The notes under the pieces: model-generated
The model's input: only the letters and a program-made list of their open reading frames with translations
Told to the model about the DNA's origin: nothing
The model's database searches: none
Origin: Azolla caroliniana
Lineage: Eukaryota > Plantae > Polypodiophyta
Assembly (NCBI GenBank): GCA_043228905.1
Contig: JBHGNT010000001.1
Location: 12,958,001-13,022,000, forward strand
Length of the DNA stretch: 64,000 nucleotides
Direction of reading: 5' to 3'
Shown: piece after piece, positions 49,301-62,244 of the stretch
How the letters are laid out: each line of letters opens with the position of its first letter
Numbering within the stretch: the stretch's first letter is position 1
Made by a program: the position numbers and the translations under genes

Positions 49301-52300
49301 GTCGTCTCATCAAACTTAACATCCTGGCTAACTCGGACCTGCTTCATCCGGGTGTTATAACACTTATACCCCTTTTGCTCATGCGAGTAACCGACCAGGA
49401 TGCATTTCTCCGACTTTGCATCCAACTTCCTCCGCTTCTCATTCGGCACATGCACATATGCAATGCTACCGAATATTCGAAGGTGTCTCAAATTCGGCAT
49501 GTGCCCGAAATATAGCTCATGCGCAGACACCTTGTCACCGATCCGGTTTTGGATATAGATAGCATATTCAAGACGTAATGTCGTTGTGAGAGCAATATGT
49601 CGCCCAGGGTTCGGATCACCTCGATCCCAAGGAAATAGTGAAGGTCACCTAGGTCCTTCATCTCAAATGCCTCTGACAGCTGGGACTTGACTTGGCCGAT
49701 TTCATCGAGTCCAAGTCCAGTGATGACTACATACAACAAGATGAAAACCGGACCATCTGGACCTTGCCAGATGAACAACGAAGAGTCGGACTTGGAGGCC
49801 GCAAACCCCATCTTATGCAACTGATGCGTGATCTTCGCATTCTAAGCTCGGGGGGCTTGCTTCATGCCATAAAGTGACTTCTTCAACCGGCATACTGCTG
49901 ACTTGTTCATCTTTGACTGGAAATCGGGGGTTGGATCAGAAAGACCTCTTCTTCAAGATCGCCTTAAAGAAATGCATTCTTCACGTCCATCTGGTGAAGA
50001 TGCCACCCCCTTGCCGCAGCAACCGCCAGCACCACATGAACCGTCGTCATCTTCGCTACCGGAGCTAAGGTCTCATCGTAGTCGATTCCATGGGTCTGTG
50101 CGTATCCCTTCGCCACTAACCGGGCTTTGTACCAGTTAACCGAACCTTCCACATTGTACTTTACCTTGTACACCCATTTACATCCGATCGGTTTACAATG
50201 TCGGGGAGGGTCAACTAGGTCCCATGTGTCGATGGCATCAAGTGCCCACATTTCTTCCTCCATAGCGGCACGCCAATTTGCGTCCCTTGCCGCTTCTGCA
50301 TAGCTCTCCGGCTCACGCACTTCTGCCACGTTGGTCATGTACGCATAGTGATGCGCCATGTACTCATTGTACCCGTACCGCTTCACGGGGTTCTTCTGGC
50401 GGGAAGACTGGGGTAACTTATCGTTACCCGGTTTGAGGCCCTCTTGGCCGGTTCAGACTTCATTCTTGAAGATCCACCTTCATCCTTTCCGGAGTCTGAT
50501 TCGCTCCGATCCGTGTCACCATTGCCGTTTTTGTATTCCAGCATCTTCTTCTTCCCCTTCTCTTTGCGCGTGAACCGTCTCCTCGGTTCCTTGCGCGGGG
50601 AGAGCACGACAGAGTCTCCACTACTCGCTGGTTCCTCATTCAACTGGTCATCCCGACTCAGCCGCTCATTCAGTTCACTTAGCCGGAATGAGATCGGACT
50701 CTCTTCTTGAGTGCCGTAGTCTTCATCTTCTACTTTGACCTCCTCGGGCTCACTAGCCTCATCCTCCGGTATCGGGTTGGGGTTGGAAGTCGGAGCCGGT
50801 AAGGCATACCATGATGTTGTCTCATCAAACACAACATCCTGACTAACTCGGACTTGCTTCGTTCGAGGGTTATATCACTTATACACCTTTTTCTCATGCA
50901 AGTAACCGACCAGGATGCACTTCTCCGACTTTGCATCCAACTTCCTCCGCTTCTCATCCGGCACATGCACATATGCAATGCTACCGAATATTCGAAGGTG
51001 TCTCAAATTCGGCTTGCGCCCGAAATACAACTAATGCGCGAACACCTTGTGACTGATCCGGTTTTGGATATAGACTGCCGTCCGGACCGCCTCAGCCCAG
51101 TAGAAATGGGCCATGCTCTTCTCCTCTAGCATTGCCCTTGCTGCATCGACAATCGACATGTTCTTCCTTTCGGCCACACCGTTTTGCTCCGGTGTGTATC
51201 TGCAATTGAACTCTCTCCGAATTCCTTTTTGCTGCAGATAACTGTTGAATTGGCCGGAAAAATATTCTTTTCTGCCATCCGACCACAGGCACTTGATCTT
51301 CCTCTCCGTTTCCCGTTCAACCAAGCTTTGCAGGTTCCGGAAACACTCAAAGACTTCGCTCTTCCGCTCAATGAGGTAGATCCATGTGTGCCGGCTATAG
51401 TCGTCAATGAAGGAGACGAAGTATCAACTCCCGCCAAGACTAACGTTCTGTGTCGGTCCCCATACATCTGAATGGATTAAATCGAGCTTGTTATGGCTCC
51501 GGTTTCGATCGGTGGGGAATGAAAGCCGATGTTGCTTCCTGAGTTGGCAGGCTTCACAAATTTCAGCCTTCCGGCCGCTAAATTTCGGCAAACCAAAAAC
51601 GACTTGTTTCATTTGCAGGTCTTGAAGCCTCAAGTAATTGACGTGGCCGATCCGCTTGTGCCACATGTCGATGTTCGATTCGACCTTCTGTCCTTTGGCG
51701 AACAAAGCGGTGCTGACGTCATTGTTGTCGAGGATAAACATCCTCCCGTCTCTGCACCCTTGCGCAATGATTTGGCCCTCTTCCTCGATGAAGCACCCGA
51801 GGTGCGTAAACCGCACCTGCATTCCTTGGTCGACAATTTGTCCAACCGACACCAGGTTCTTTGTGATGGTCGGAACGTGTAATACATTCATCAGCTTCCC
51901 CCTCTACCCGACGTGGGTCAAAGGGACTTCTCCGATATGCACGATTGGGTGTGGAGTGTCGTCTCCGGTTTCGACAACTCCTGGTTGTTCCAGTTTCTCC
52001 AAGAAGGAGAACCACTCTCTGTGGCTCGTCATGTGATTCGATGCACCGGAATCAATGTACCACACTTTCTCTGATTTGGAAGTGGTCTTCTTCATCGAGT
52101 TAGCCATGTGTTTCATCACCAAGGCTGGCCCTTTACCAGCTTACCCAGTTTTGGATCCTCCCGATCCTTTAGTGTAGTGCGAGTATTGCCGGTTCTCTCT
52201 GCTGGCCTTGCTGGATCCGAATCTGTCCGAATCGGAGCGCTTCTTCCAGCACTTGCTTTCTCTGTGGCCCTTTTTACCACAATACCAGCATTCCATGTCG

Positions 52301-53551
52301 GCCTTTTCTTGCCGACCTCCGGCACCGCCTTGACTCCCCTTGCTTGTGGAGGGTTCGGAACTGTTGTTGGCACGTTCTTTGTGCCTTCAGTCCTGCTCTT
52401 GACGACCGCTACCATTGCAAGCCCATGCCCATGGGGCCAATCCGCCTCCGTGTACAACATCCGGTTGTTGGTGGGTGCACTTGTTGATGCACCAACGTGG
52501 TTCTCCTCTACAAGGAGCATCGACTGTAAGTCGAAAAATGATGACGTATTCTCCCTTGTACACACATCAATTCGAAACGCTCCGAACTTTGACGCTAGGC
52601 CCCCAAGACAGATCTGCACCATCTCATCTTCCTCCACAGTGATGTTGATAGAGGCAAGTGAGTCACAGATCTCTTTGATTCGGGCCGTGTAATCAGCTAC
52701 TGACATGTCCTTCTGTCGGACATTGCTCAACTCTTGTCGAAGTTGCAGCTTCCAGGCCGTAGTGCTTGCCGCGAAAACCTTCTTCAGGTTTCCCCAAGCT
52801 TCTTTTGGTGTCTTGGCATCTCGGACATGGCTCAACAGCTGGTCTCCGACACTGGACGCAAAGCAATACATCACTCTGCTTGTCGCTTGTTCCCACACTG
52901 GGAAGTCCTTGTGTGCCGCATCAGGTGCTATGTCGTTAGCTCCGTCGACATAGCTCCAATAACCATGCCCAAGCAGGTATTGGTGCATCTTGTAAGACCA
53001 AGATGCGTAGTTGGATCTGTCGAGCTTCTCCACTGGGGGCGAGCTAGCCATTCCTCTGTCCATTTTGTTTTTCCTGTTCTTTACGAAGGTTAGGTTTTCT
53101 TCTTGAGCTAAGGTCGGTTGCAGAGGTTCTCAACCCTCGCGCTCTGATACCATGTAAAAACGAATAGCGCACGGAAGCAATAGAAAACCGAACATAGAAA
53201 CGCAGGTTTAATGGAGAGCTTGACAGTATGCGGGAGAGACAGAGAAAGAGCAGAACAACATAAACCTATATAAAACAATAATAGTTCTCTGTACATAAAA
53301 CGTGCTCAACAACACTACTTATACAAGTCCTAAGAGAACTGACAAAAGTACGGTGTACTTCAATGCTCACACGAGCGTCTAACACTAACTACGAGACATT
53401 AACTACCTAGTAGCCTAAGCTGCTACTAGGCTTCCGGTTACTGATGGATCCCGCTAACTGGCTCCCCAGCTCACTGGCTCATCCTTCCAAATGCCGATCC
53501 AGCTCAGGCTTATTCAGCCGATCCAGATCCGGTTGAGCTTGCTGCTCAACA
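46382..53551 (-). mobile_element. C4: Ty1/copia element (C1/C2 family) in the C3 LTR, TSD GTAGC/GCAGC, with an internal INT-RT duplication
   Basis: LTRs 46382-46810 and 53153-53551; PBS tggtatcagagcgcg 53138-53152; gag ORF 52116..53063; RT and RH fragments. Confidence 0.92.
48155..51073 (-). repeat. Tandem duplication of about 1.4-1.5 kb (integrase C-terminus to RT) in C4
   Basis: RT (HYVLNML) joins back to integrase (YIQNRIGDKVSAHELY) at about 49559; KRYGYNE occurs at both 50383 and 48867. Confidence 0.9.
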
Positions 53552-53553
53552 GC

Positions 53554-53697
53554 AGCTAATTAGCTGCCAGTAGTTAATTAGCTGTCTATAGCTAAATAGC
53601 TGTCAGTGGCTAATTAGTTGTCTATAGCTAAATAGCTGTCAGTAGATAATTAGTTGTCTATAGCTAAATAGTTGTCAGTAGCTAAATAGATGTTTCA
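53554..53697. repeat. 18-bp AGCT-rich minisatellite in the C3 LTR
   Basis: agctaa(t/a)tag(c/t)tgtc(ag/ta)t, 8 units here and 4 units at about 58517-58588; the two LTR lengths differ by 72 bp. Confidence 0.85.
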
Positions 53698-53809
53698 CCT
53701 TTATGTCCACTAGTAGCTAATTAGCTAATAGCTACTATAGCTTATTTCTCAATAAGCATCACATACCTTTGTTGAGCTTGCTTCTCAACACTCCCCCTCA
53801 AGCTCAACT

Positions 53810-56800
53810 TATCCTTTCTTGGGATCATCTTCAATCTTCTTTTCTTCATGCTTTTCAGCTACCATGCCAATGGTTATAACTCCATCATGTCTCTAAACTG
53901 TGTATGTTTTTCCATGCTCAATCCCTTCGTAAGAATATCAGCCACTTGCTAATTTGTACTTACACACAACAGATCCACTTCTCCATCAATCACTTTTTCC
54001 CTAACAAAGTGATAATGCACTTCAATGTGCTTTGTTCTTGCATGGAACACTGGGTTTTTTGCCAGCTGAATGCTGCTCATATTGTCACACCAAATTGTGA
54101 CTACACCATCTATATATTCTCACAAATCAACAAGCAGTCTTCTGATCCATACCTCTTCACAGGTGGCTATTGCAGCTCCTCTATATTCAGCTTCAGTACT
54201 TGATAGTGCAAAAGTAGTTTGTTTCTTGCTACTCCATGAAATAGCGGCAGTTCCCAATGTAAACATATATCCACTTGTGGATCTTCTGTCAGTTTGGCTT
54301 CCAGCCCAATCAACATCTGTATATCCTTCCAGCTTTATGTCCAAATCAGCCCTGTAAAACAGTCCATAATTTTTAGTAGCTTTTACATACCTCATCTTCT
54401 TATGTAGTCCAAATGTGGCTTTGTTGGCTGTTGCATAAACTAGCTGACTAATCCAACAACATAACTCAGATCATGTCTTGTTATAGTCAAATATATGAGG
54501 CTGCCCACCATAGACCTGTACATGATTACATCTTTTATTTTGGCTCCCAAATGAGCCCTCAATTTGCAGTTCTTATCTAGTGGTAAACCAATAGGTTTGC
54601 ATCCAAGCATACCATACTTCTTCAACATAGTTGTTGCATACTGTTTTTGCAACATATATATACCACTTTCAAATCTAATCATCTCAATGCCAAGAAAGTA
54701 TCTCAGCTCTCCCAAATCCTTCATATGAAATTGCATTTCAAGATTTTTTTTCAGCTTGCTTATTTCATCCATAGAATCACCTCTGATGATTAAATCATCG
54801 ACATAAATCAAAATCACGACAATGCAATCATTTATCCTTTTTACGTATAATGATGGATCAACCTTTGACATTTTTAAGACAATTTTTTTCAGAGATTCTG
54901 AAAGTTCTTTATGCCATGCCTTTGGTGCTTGTTTCAATCCATAGAGAGCCTTTTTCGGCTTACAAACATATTCTAGATGCTTCTTATCTTCAAAACCTGG
55001 TGGTTGACGCATGTATACTTCCTCTTCCAAGTTACCATGTAAAAAAGCATTTTTTATATCCATATGGTGCAGAACCCATCTTTTGGTTGCACTCACATCA
55101 AGTACTGTTCTCAAGGCTGCCATCTTTATAATCAGTGCAAATGTTTCATCATAATCAATTCCTTGCATCTGCGCATATCCCTTTGCCATAAGTCTTGCTT
55201 TATGTCTACTAACATTTCCATTGGAATCATGTTTTGTCTTGTAGACCCATTTGCAACCTAGAACATTTTTTTCTTTCGGTAACTTTACCAAATCCCATGT
55301 TCTGTTTTCAGCCAATGCATCTATTTCTTCTTGCATTGCATTCACCCATTTCTTATTAGATTTTGCTTCATCAAAACTATTTGGATCAGGGATTTGTACC
55401 ACTTTAGATATGTATGCGTAATGCATAGCCATATATGTGTCATAGCCAAATCTTTCAACAATCTTTTTCTCTCTATTTGATCTTCTCAATTTCTGATTTG
55501 CATCCTTCATTGCTTTTTCCATACTAGGGATTTTCAGGGATCTTATACCAAGCTCATCATCCAATGATGTATCTGAATCTACATCTTCCATGTTTCTAGA
55601 TCCATCATCAAGCATTTCATATTCTGGCATCTTTTGTTTTCCCTTTTTATCATCATATTTTTTGTGTCTTGCATTTTTTCCACTCCATGCATTAGATTCA
55701 GATTTACTACCTGAGCTTCCAGATGGTCCAGTACATTCCATTGATGTGGAACTTTGTTGTCCAACATTGTTTCCATCTCTGTGGTCATCTCTTACATTTT
55801 CAGATTTTTGTCTGTCTTCATTTTCACAGTTTTCATCAGTTTCTACATTCTCATTTGGGTTGTACCAGTTGCTCAACTCATCAAATATTACATCCCAACT
55901 TACCACAATCTTTTTTGTCACAGGGCTATAGCATCTATACCCTTTTTGCTCCTCTGAATATCCAACAAGAACACATTTTTTAGCTTTTAGATCAAGCTTA
56001 CTTCTTACTTCAGCAAGTACATGAACATAGGCAAGGCATCCAAACACTTTTAAGTGTCCTAAACTAGGTTTCCTTTCATAGAAACATTCTTCAGGAGTTA
56101 CTTCATGTACTGCAGATGTTATACATCTATTTAGAATATAATTTGTTGTGTTTACAACTTCTGCCTAGTAATACAATGACATATTTTTTTCTGTCATTAA
56201 AGCCCTTGCTATGTTCACCAAAGTTTTGTTTTTCCTCTCAGCAACTCCATTTTGTTGTGGAGTATATCTACATGTAAACTGTCTCCTTATTCCTTGATTG
56301 CATAGAAAATCAGAAAATTCATTTGAGAAGTACTCTCCTCCTCCATCAGATCTTAGGCATTTTATTCTAGTTCCAGCCTACTTTTCCACCATGCATTTAA
56401 ACTTACGAAAGCAATCAAATACTTCACTTTTTTCTTTCATGAAGTAAACCCATGTTTTCCTTGAGCAATCATCAATAAATGTTACATAAAACTTACATCC
56501 ACTAATTGATGCATTTTTTGTTGGTCCCCATACATCTATATGTACCAAATCCAACAAATTTTTGCTTACATGTCTTTCATGAGGGAAAGGCAACCTATTT
56601 TACTTTCCATATTGACATGCTTCACATATTTTGCTCATCTCACTGTCTTTTAACTTAGGCAGTCCAACCTTTTCCTCAACATATTTTTCAATGTTTGCAT
56701 ACTTATGTGACCGATTCTTTTATGCCACATTTCCACATCTGAGATTACACTCATTCCTTCTGTAAACATGGTTGTAATCTTTTTAGGCATATCCACATCT

Positions 56801-58137
56801 AACACAAACATTCTTCCTTGATGTTTTCCTTTTGCAATAAGCTTTCCCTGTTTCTCTATAAAGCATCCACTTTGCTTAAACTTAATTTGCATTCCTTGCT
56901 CTACTATCTGTCCAATAGAAATAAGATTTTTTGCAAGGTTAGGCACATGCATAACATTTAGCATATACTTCGTTTTTCCTTTTTCTTCCCACAATGGGAT
57001 ATCTCCAACATGCTCTATTTGGTGAGTAGTATTATCACTTGTCTGTACATAACCAGGAATCTCTGGTTCTCTTTGACTTTCAAACCAGTTTGCATGTCTT
57101 GTCATATGATTAGATGCCCCAGAATCTACATACCACATAAACTCTTCATTGCATCTCTATGAACATCCAATCACTGCTGTTGTTTCATGTTGCACCACAA
57201 ATGCACCATCTTTATCACAGTCTTCACAAGTTGAGGCATAATTATTTTGCTATCTCTTCCCTCTTTTTTCATCATTTTGCTTGTTATAGCATTCAACCTG
57301 TGTATGGCCTGGTTTTCCACAATACCAATGGCCATCATCATTCAAATAAGTTTGCTTACCTCTACCTCTGATGTTGTTTCTTCCACCTACAGCCTGTTGT
57401 CCTCTTCCTTGATAATTGTTGTTGGTTCTAGCTAAACCAAATCTTCCGTGGCCTCTTCCTCGGCCTCTTCTAGCACTATCGTAGAGGGCTCGCCCCTCAG
57501 TCTTAGAGTTTCCTTTGTTTACATCATCCATCTGATTTCTTTCTTCCACTACAAGCATTGAAACCAGATTTGGAAAACTTGGGATGCTATCCCTTGTGAG
57601 AATAGATGTTTTGAAGCTTTTATACTTAGGTCCTAAGCCCCTTAAGCATATTTCCACCTTATCATCATCTTCTACCTTCACATTGATAGAAGCAAGTGAT
57701 TCACATATGCTCTTTATTTTCAGAGCATACTCATTCACTGACATCTTACCTTTTTCCAAGGTATTTAGCTCAGTCTTCAACTGAAGCTTTCTAGCCTTTG
57801 TGTTCACTGCAAACAGTTTTACTAAACTGTCCCAAGCTTCTTTTGGAAGCATAGCATCATGTATGTGTCCAAGCATCGAATCTGAGATGCTAAGTGAGAG
57901 CCAATGCAATACCTTTCTTGCCCCTTGATTCCATTCCTTAAAGGCTTTAATTTATGCAGTAGTTGCATTTTCTTCAGGGATCTCTAGAGCCTCTTCTAGG
58001 TCTCCTTCAATATAATCCCAGTATCCTTTTCCCATCAGGAAATTTGTCATTCTGAATTTCCACGCAGGGAAATTATTTTTGTCCAATTTTTCTGTGACTA
58101 TTTGGCTTCCATTCTCAGCAACCATTCTCTCTTTCAA
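53810..58137 (-). pseudogene. C3 gag-pol, fragmented
   Basis: EKLDKNNFPAW, WYCGKPGHTQVEC, WYVDSGASNHM, FIDDCSRK, IYVDDLII, WSSKKQ. Confidence 0.92.
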
Positions 58138-58680
58138 TTAGGGTTAACTTCACAGACAACTCTCTCCCTGATTCAGATCAGCAAACAGAGAAACAACATT
58201 TCCCAGATATGTACTTTTCTAATCTTCTTTATGAGCAACTCTGCTTTGATACCATGTTACGAAGGCGCTACGGCTCTTCTGTGTGCACAGCAGATCGTGA
58301 TGTGATGGATCATTTAGTGCTCAAGACAGAAAGGAAGGGGAAGGAGACTTACCTCTGTGTAGCAAACCAAAAGCTTCTATTCCATTACACGCAGAGCTCA
58401 ACTCGCTCTCATCTGTTTTCTGTTTTCTGTATTTCTTCTCTCTTACAACTACTCTCACTCTTACTCACTTTCCTACTTACTTTTTTACCTAAGTACATAA
58501 GTGACTTATATATGTAGCTAATTAGTTACCAATAGCTAATTAGCTATCTGTAGCTAAATAGTTGTCAGTAGCCAAATAGTTGTTTCACCTTTATGTCCAC
58601 TAGTAGCTAATTAGCTAATAACTACTATAGCTTATTTCTCAATAAGCATCACATACCTTTGTTGAGCTTGCTTCTCAACA

Positions 58681-60002
58681 ATCTCCACCAGATAGACGTC
58701 AAGAACACTTTCCTCCAAGGTGAATTAGAAGAGGAGGTGTACATGGTACAACCTCCCGGCTTCGAATCGTGCATTCATCCGAAAGCCGTGTGCCGACTCA
58801 AGAAGCCACTCTATGGCCTCAAGCAAGCACCGCGTGCTTGACATTCGAAGATTACGCAATATCTTCATCAAATCGGCTTTCGAATGTTGAAATCCGATAA
58901 TTCCCTCTACGTACGACATGACTCTTGAAGCTTAATTGTCATCATCCTATACGTGGATGATCTGGTCATTTGAGGTGAAAGTCTAGTCGACATCAACAAG
59001 GTCAAGTCCCTCCTCAAGATGACGGACATAAAGGATCTCCATTACTTCCTGGGCATCGAAGTAATTCGGATTCCGACCGGCATTATGATATCTCAATGGC
59101 ACAACATCCTCAACTTGTTATACAAGTTCAAGATGACTGAGTGCAAATCAATAGCTACGCCTCTCGATCGAAACCTCAAACTAGATGTTGACTCCAGCAC
59201 AGACGAGTGCGAGCCAGCCCAGTATCAGCAACTGATCTTGAGCCTCATCTATCTCACGATCAGCTATCCAGTCGAACTCCTTAGCAATTTCATGCAAACT
59301 CCGCGAGATATCCATTTCGATTGCGTTAAGCGAGTATTACGATACGTGAGCGGCACAATGGATTACGGAGTTCTCTACGCATCGGCCACACCAATACGAC
59401 TTGAAGGGTACACAGACGAGGACGAGGCAGGCTACAAAGCCAATCGACGATCGACCTCTGGATTTGTCTTCTCGCTTGGTAGCGGAGCAATATCTTGGAG
59501 TAGTAAGAAGTAGCCTACCGTCGCACTTTCGAGTACGGAGGCCGAATACAGGGGCGCAGCCATAGCTGCATGTGAAGTTGTATGGCTCAAGAGGATTTTG
59601 CAGGATCTAGGCATTCCCATCAAGGATCCGACTCCCATTCACTACGACAACATGAGCAGTATATATCTGGCTCAGAACCTGGTGTTCCATGCATGCACAA
59701 AGCATATCGAAGTGCACTATCACTTCATTCGAGAGCGTGTTTAGGCCGGAGATGTCGATCTTCTACACATCAACACGAATCTTCAGACAACCGACATCTT
59801 CACCAAGGCCCTAGGAGCCGACAAGCTTCAGCAATTCATGTCAAACCTTGGATTGAAGATCACTGACTTGCCAAGCTTGAGGGGGAGTACAAGGGAGAAC
59901 CGGATACCGTCTGAACCGGGTACGAGCCAAAGTGGACACCGGAGATCGTCCGAAGCGAACATCAATCAAAAGGAACCGGCCCGAGTTGAGCTTGAGGGGG
60001 CA
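58681..60002 (+). pseudogene. C0 piece 3: RT-RNase H and 3' region
   Basis: [22 protein letters not shown] at about 58949, WSSKK, DIFTKALG; PPT 59994-60000. Confidence 0.9.
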
Positions 60003-60030
60003 TGTTGAGAATCAAGCTCAACATAGTGCA
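60003..60030 (+). repeat. Start of the C0 3' LTR; extent uncertain, probably interrupted
   Basis: tgttgagaatcaagctcaaca directly after the PPT, the same start motif as the C1-C4 LTRs. Confidence 0.65.
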
Positions 60031-60031
60031 A

Positions 60032-61338
60032 TGTGTGAACACACCTTTTGAGAATCCATGATTACTCAAAGGTCAGGAGTCACGCCACTACTCTCTACAC
60101 ATTAACTATGTGTCATAGAATCATATTCTATGACACAACTAATGAGTTACTTATTTCCCATGACTATGAGTCTTCACATTCCCCAAGAGAGAGAGTGGTT
60201 ATTGTAAGTTAATGAAGAGAGAGGGTGACTCTATATAAAGCACCCTCCTCATACTTCATACTAAGTCGGTCATAACTCCTTATTATGCTACATTTTGTAA
60301 TTCTAATTCTACTTGTGAAATATACACCTTCTTCTTGAGTATTCCTTTTTCTATCTATCTTGTGTTCTCTCATCTCTCCTCTAATTCCTCACACATACAC
60401 ATAACACACATCTCTTCCGCTACACAAGAATCATACCCAATTCTTTACAATAGCCTATGAGCGCTATCTAGAGATTAGCTGGACATGCGATTAGTGATCT
60501 TGATTAATATCTAATCACTCTTTGATCTTTCTTAATAGTCTATTCTATAACACGTTATCCGCACGATTAGCCTCTACCGTAGTAATTAATTATTCTCTTA
60601 TAGAAATCTACCTTATTATTACCATTACCATGGCTTCTCAAACTCTACAAATAGAGAAATGTTTATTCCCAATTATATGACTTGGATGGTTCATGTCGAA
60701 GGCCATCTCACGGCGAAAGATCTCCTTCATACGATAAGTGATCATTTTAATGATGCTGAGAACTCAAATGCTAGGAAGAAGGGAGCAAAAGCGTTCATCT
60801 TCATCCTTCATCACCTTGATCTACGCCTTCAGAATCAATACTTCTCCATCAAGAATCCATCAACTCTTTGGAAGCAACTCAAAGCTCGTTTTGATCATCA
60901 ACGAACTGTTCTCGGCCCCAACACTTTGCATCAATGGAATCAACTTCATTTTCAAGATTTCAAGACAATTGTTGAATATAATTCCTCACTATTTGGTATC
61001 GTTTCTAAACTTAAATTTTGTGGTCATGACAACCTTGTTAAAGACGCTAATCTAATCAATAAAACATTAACTACTTTTCATCCCTCAAATTTTAATCTTT
61101 CTGAACAATACCGTAAATTATCGTGATTGTAAAACCTATGTTGGACTTTTATCTACACTTCTTGTCGTTGAGTAACACCACCAAGTTCTCCTCAAGAACG
61201 ACAAGCTTCATCTAGTTAGTCAACTTGCGGCTCCTCTACAACTCAAGGATTTGACGCATGTTGAGAGTAATTATTCTAGACGACAACATCATCATCAACA
61301 TCCATATGCATAGAGTCAAGGAAGAGGAAGGTTAGGAA
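60032..61338 (+). mobile_element. Bianca-like Ty1/copia 5' end: LTR ending 60552, atypical PBS, gag
   Basis: ataaCA cgttatccgcacga resembles the Bianca-type cgttatcagcacg PBS. ORF 60659..61126 has Bianca gag motifs (KAFIFILHHL, ARFDH, QDFK..EYNS, KTLTTFHPSN..QYR). LTR start is a guess. Confidence 0.75.
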
Positions 61339-62244
61339 TGTTAGAGTTATGATCTAACGTAAGCATATGATAAGGATAAAAGATATAAGAAATAAGAAAG
61401 GAGAGAGAGAAAGAAGGGTGTCGATCCACCTGACCACCCCCGAACGAAGGGATCAAGACGGACTCGAGCCTCGATCGGCATCCCATACCACTACTCGAGT
61501 CGTACCTGGTGCTGGAGCGCTCGCTACAAGAGTTGACCCACCACAAGAACAGAGTCTCGACGTAGTCCAAAGATCATCAAATGAGGGTAGCTAGAAATAA
61601 GAAAGGAGAGAGAGAAAGAAGGGTGTTGATCCACCTGGCCACCCCCGAACGAAGGGATCAAGACGGACTCGAGCCTCGATCGGCATCCCATACCACTGCT
61701 CGAGTCGTACCTGGTGCTGGAGCGCTCGCTACAAGAGTTGACCCACCACAAGAACAAAGTCTTGACGTAGTCCAAAGATCATGAAATGAGGGTAGCTAGG
61801 CGTCATATTTATAGCGATACCCAAGGCCCCCAGGCAAGTGCACACTTGGCCTAATGGGTTGTCTAAATCTCGAGGATTAAAAGTAATCCTCCCCTTATTT
61901 ACACTCTCGTTTAACCCTCACACTTATCCACGTGTATAGAATACTACGGTAAATTCTCACCATGGGATATTATAGGGCCATGCCCGTAACATACTCCCCC
62001 TCTTTAAAACATTACACTCTTGCAATAGAAAGTTAGGGAAGTTAGTTCTAAGAGTATTTTTGAGTTCCCATGTGGCATCTTTGATAGATTTATCCATCCA
62101 TTTAATTTTAAATTCTGGGATTATTTTAGTACACAAATTTTTTGTTTTAACATCGAGAATTCTTTCTAGTACACGTGATTTAGGAGATAATTCTTCAAAA
62201 GTAACCAGAGTTTCAGTTGTAACTGTATTGTCGCCAGAACCTAG
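61339..62244 (-). mobile_element. 3' end of a chromovirus: chromodomain, PPT, 3' LTR 61339-61991
   Basis: Minus strand gagggggagta TGttacggg...ctctaaCA. 62244 to 62005 translates to ...ERILDVKTKNLCTKIIPEFKIKWMDKSIKDATWELKNTLRTNFPNF. Confidence 0.85.
61388..61797. repeat. 205-bp tandem duplication in the chromovirus LTR
   Basis: Copies start at 61388 and 61593 and are near-identical. Confidence 0.95.

Larger units (their letters stand above)
46118..58680 (-). mobile_element. C3: AT-rich Ty1/copia element, TSD ACCTC/ATCTC; 3' LTR split by C4
   Basis: 5' LTR 58255-58680; PBS tggtatcaaagc 58243-58254; 3' LTR 46118-46381 plus 53557-53790; PPT 53791-53799. Confidence 0.92.
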
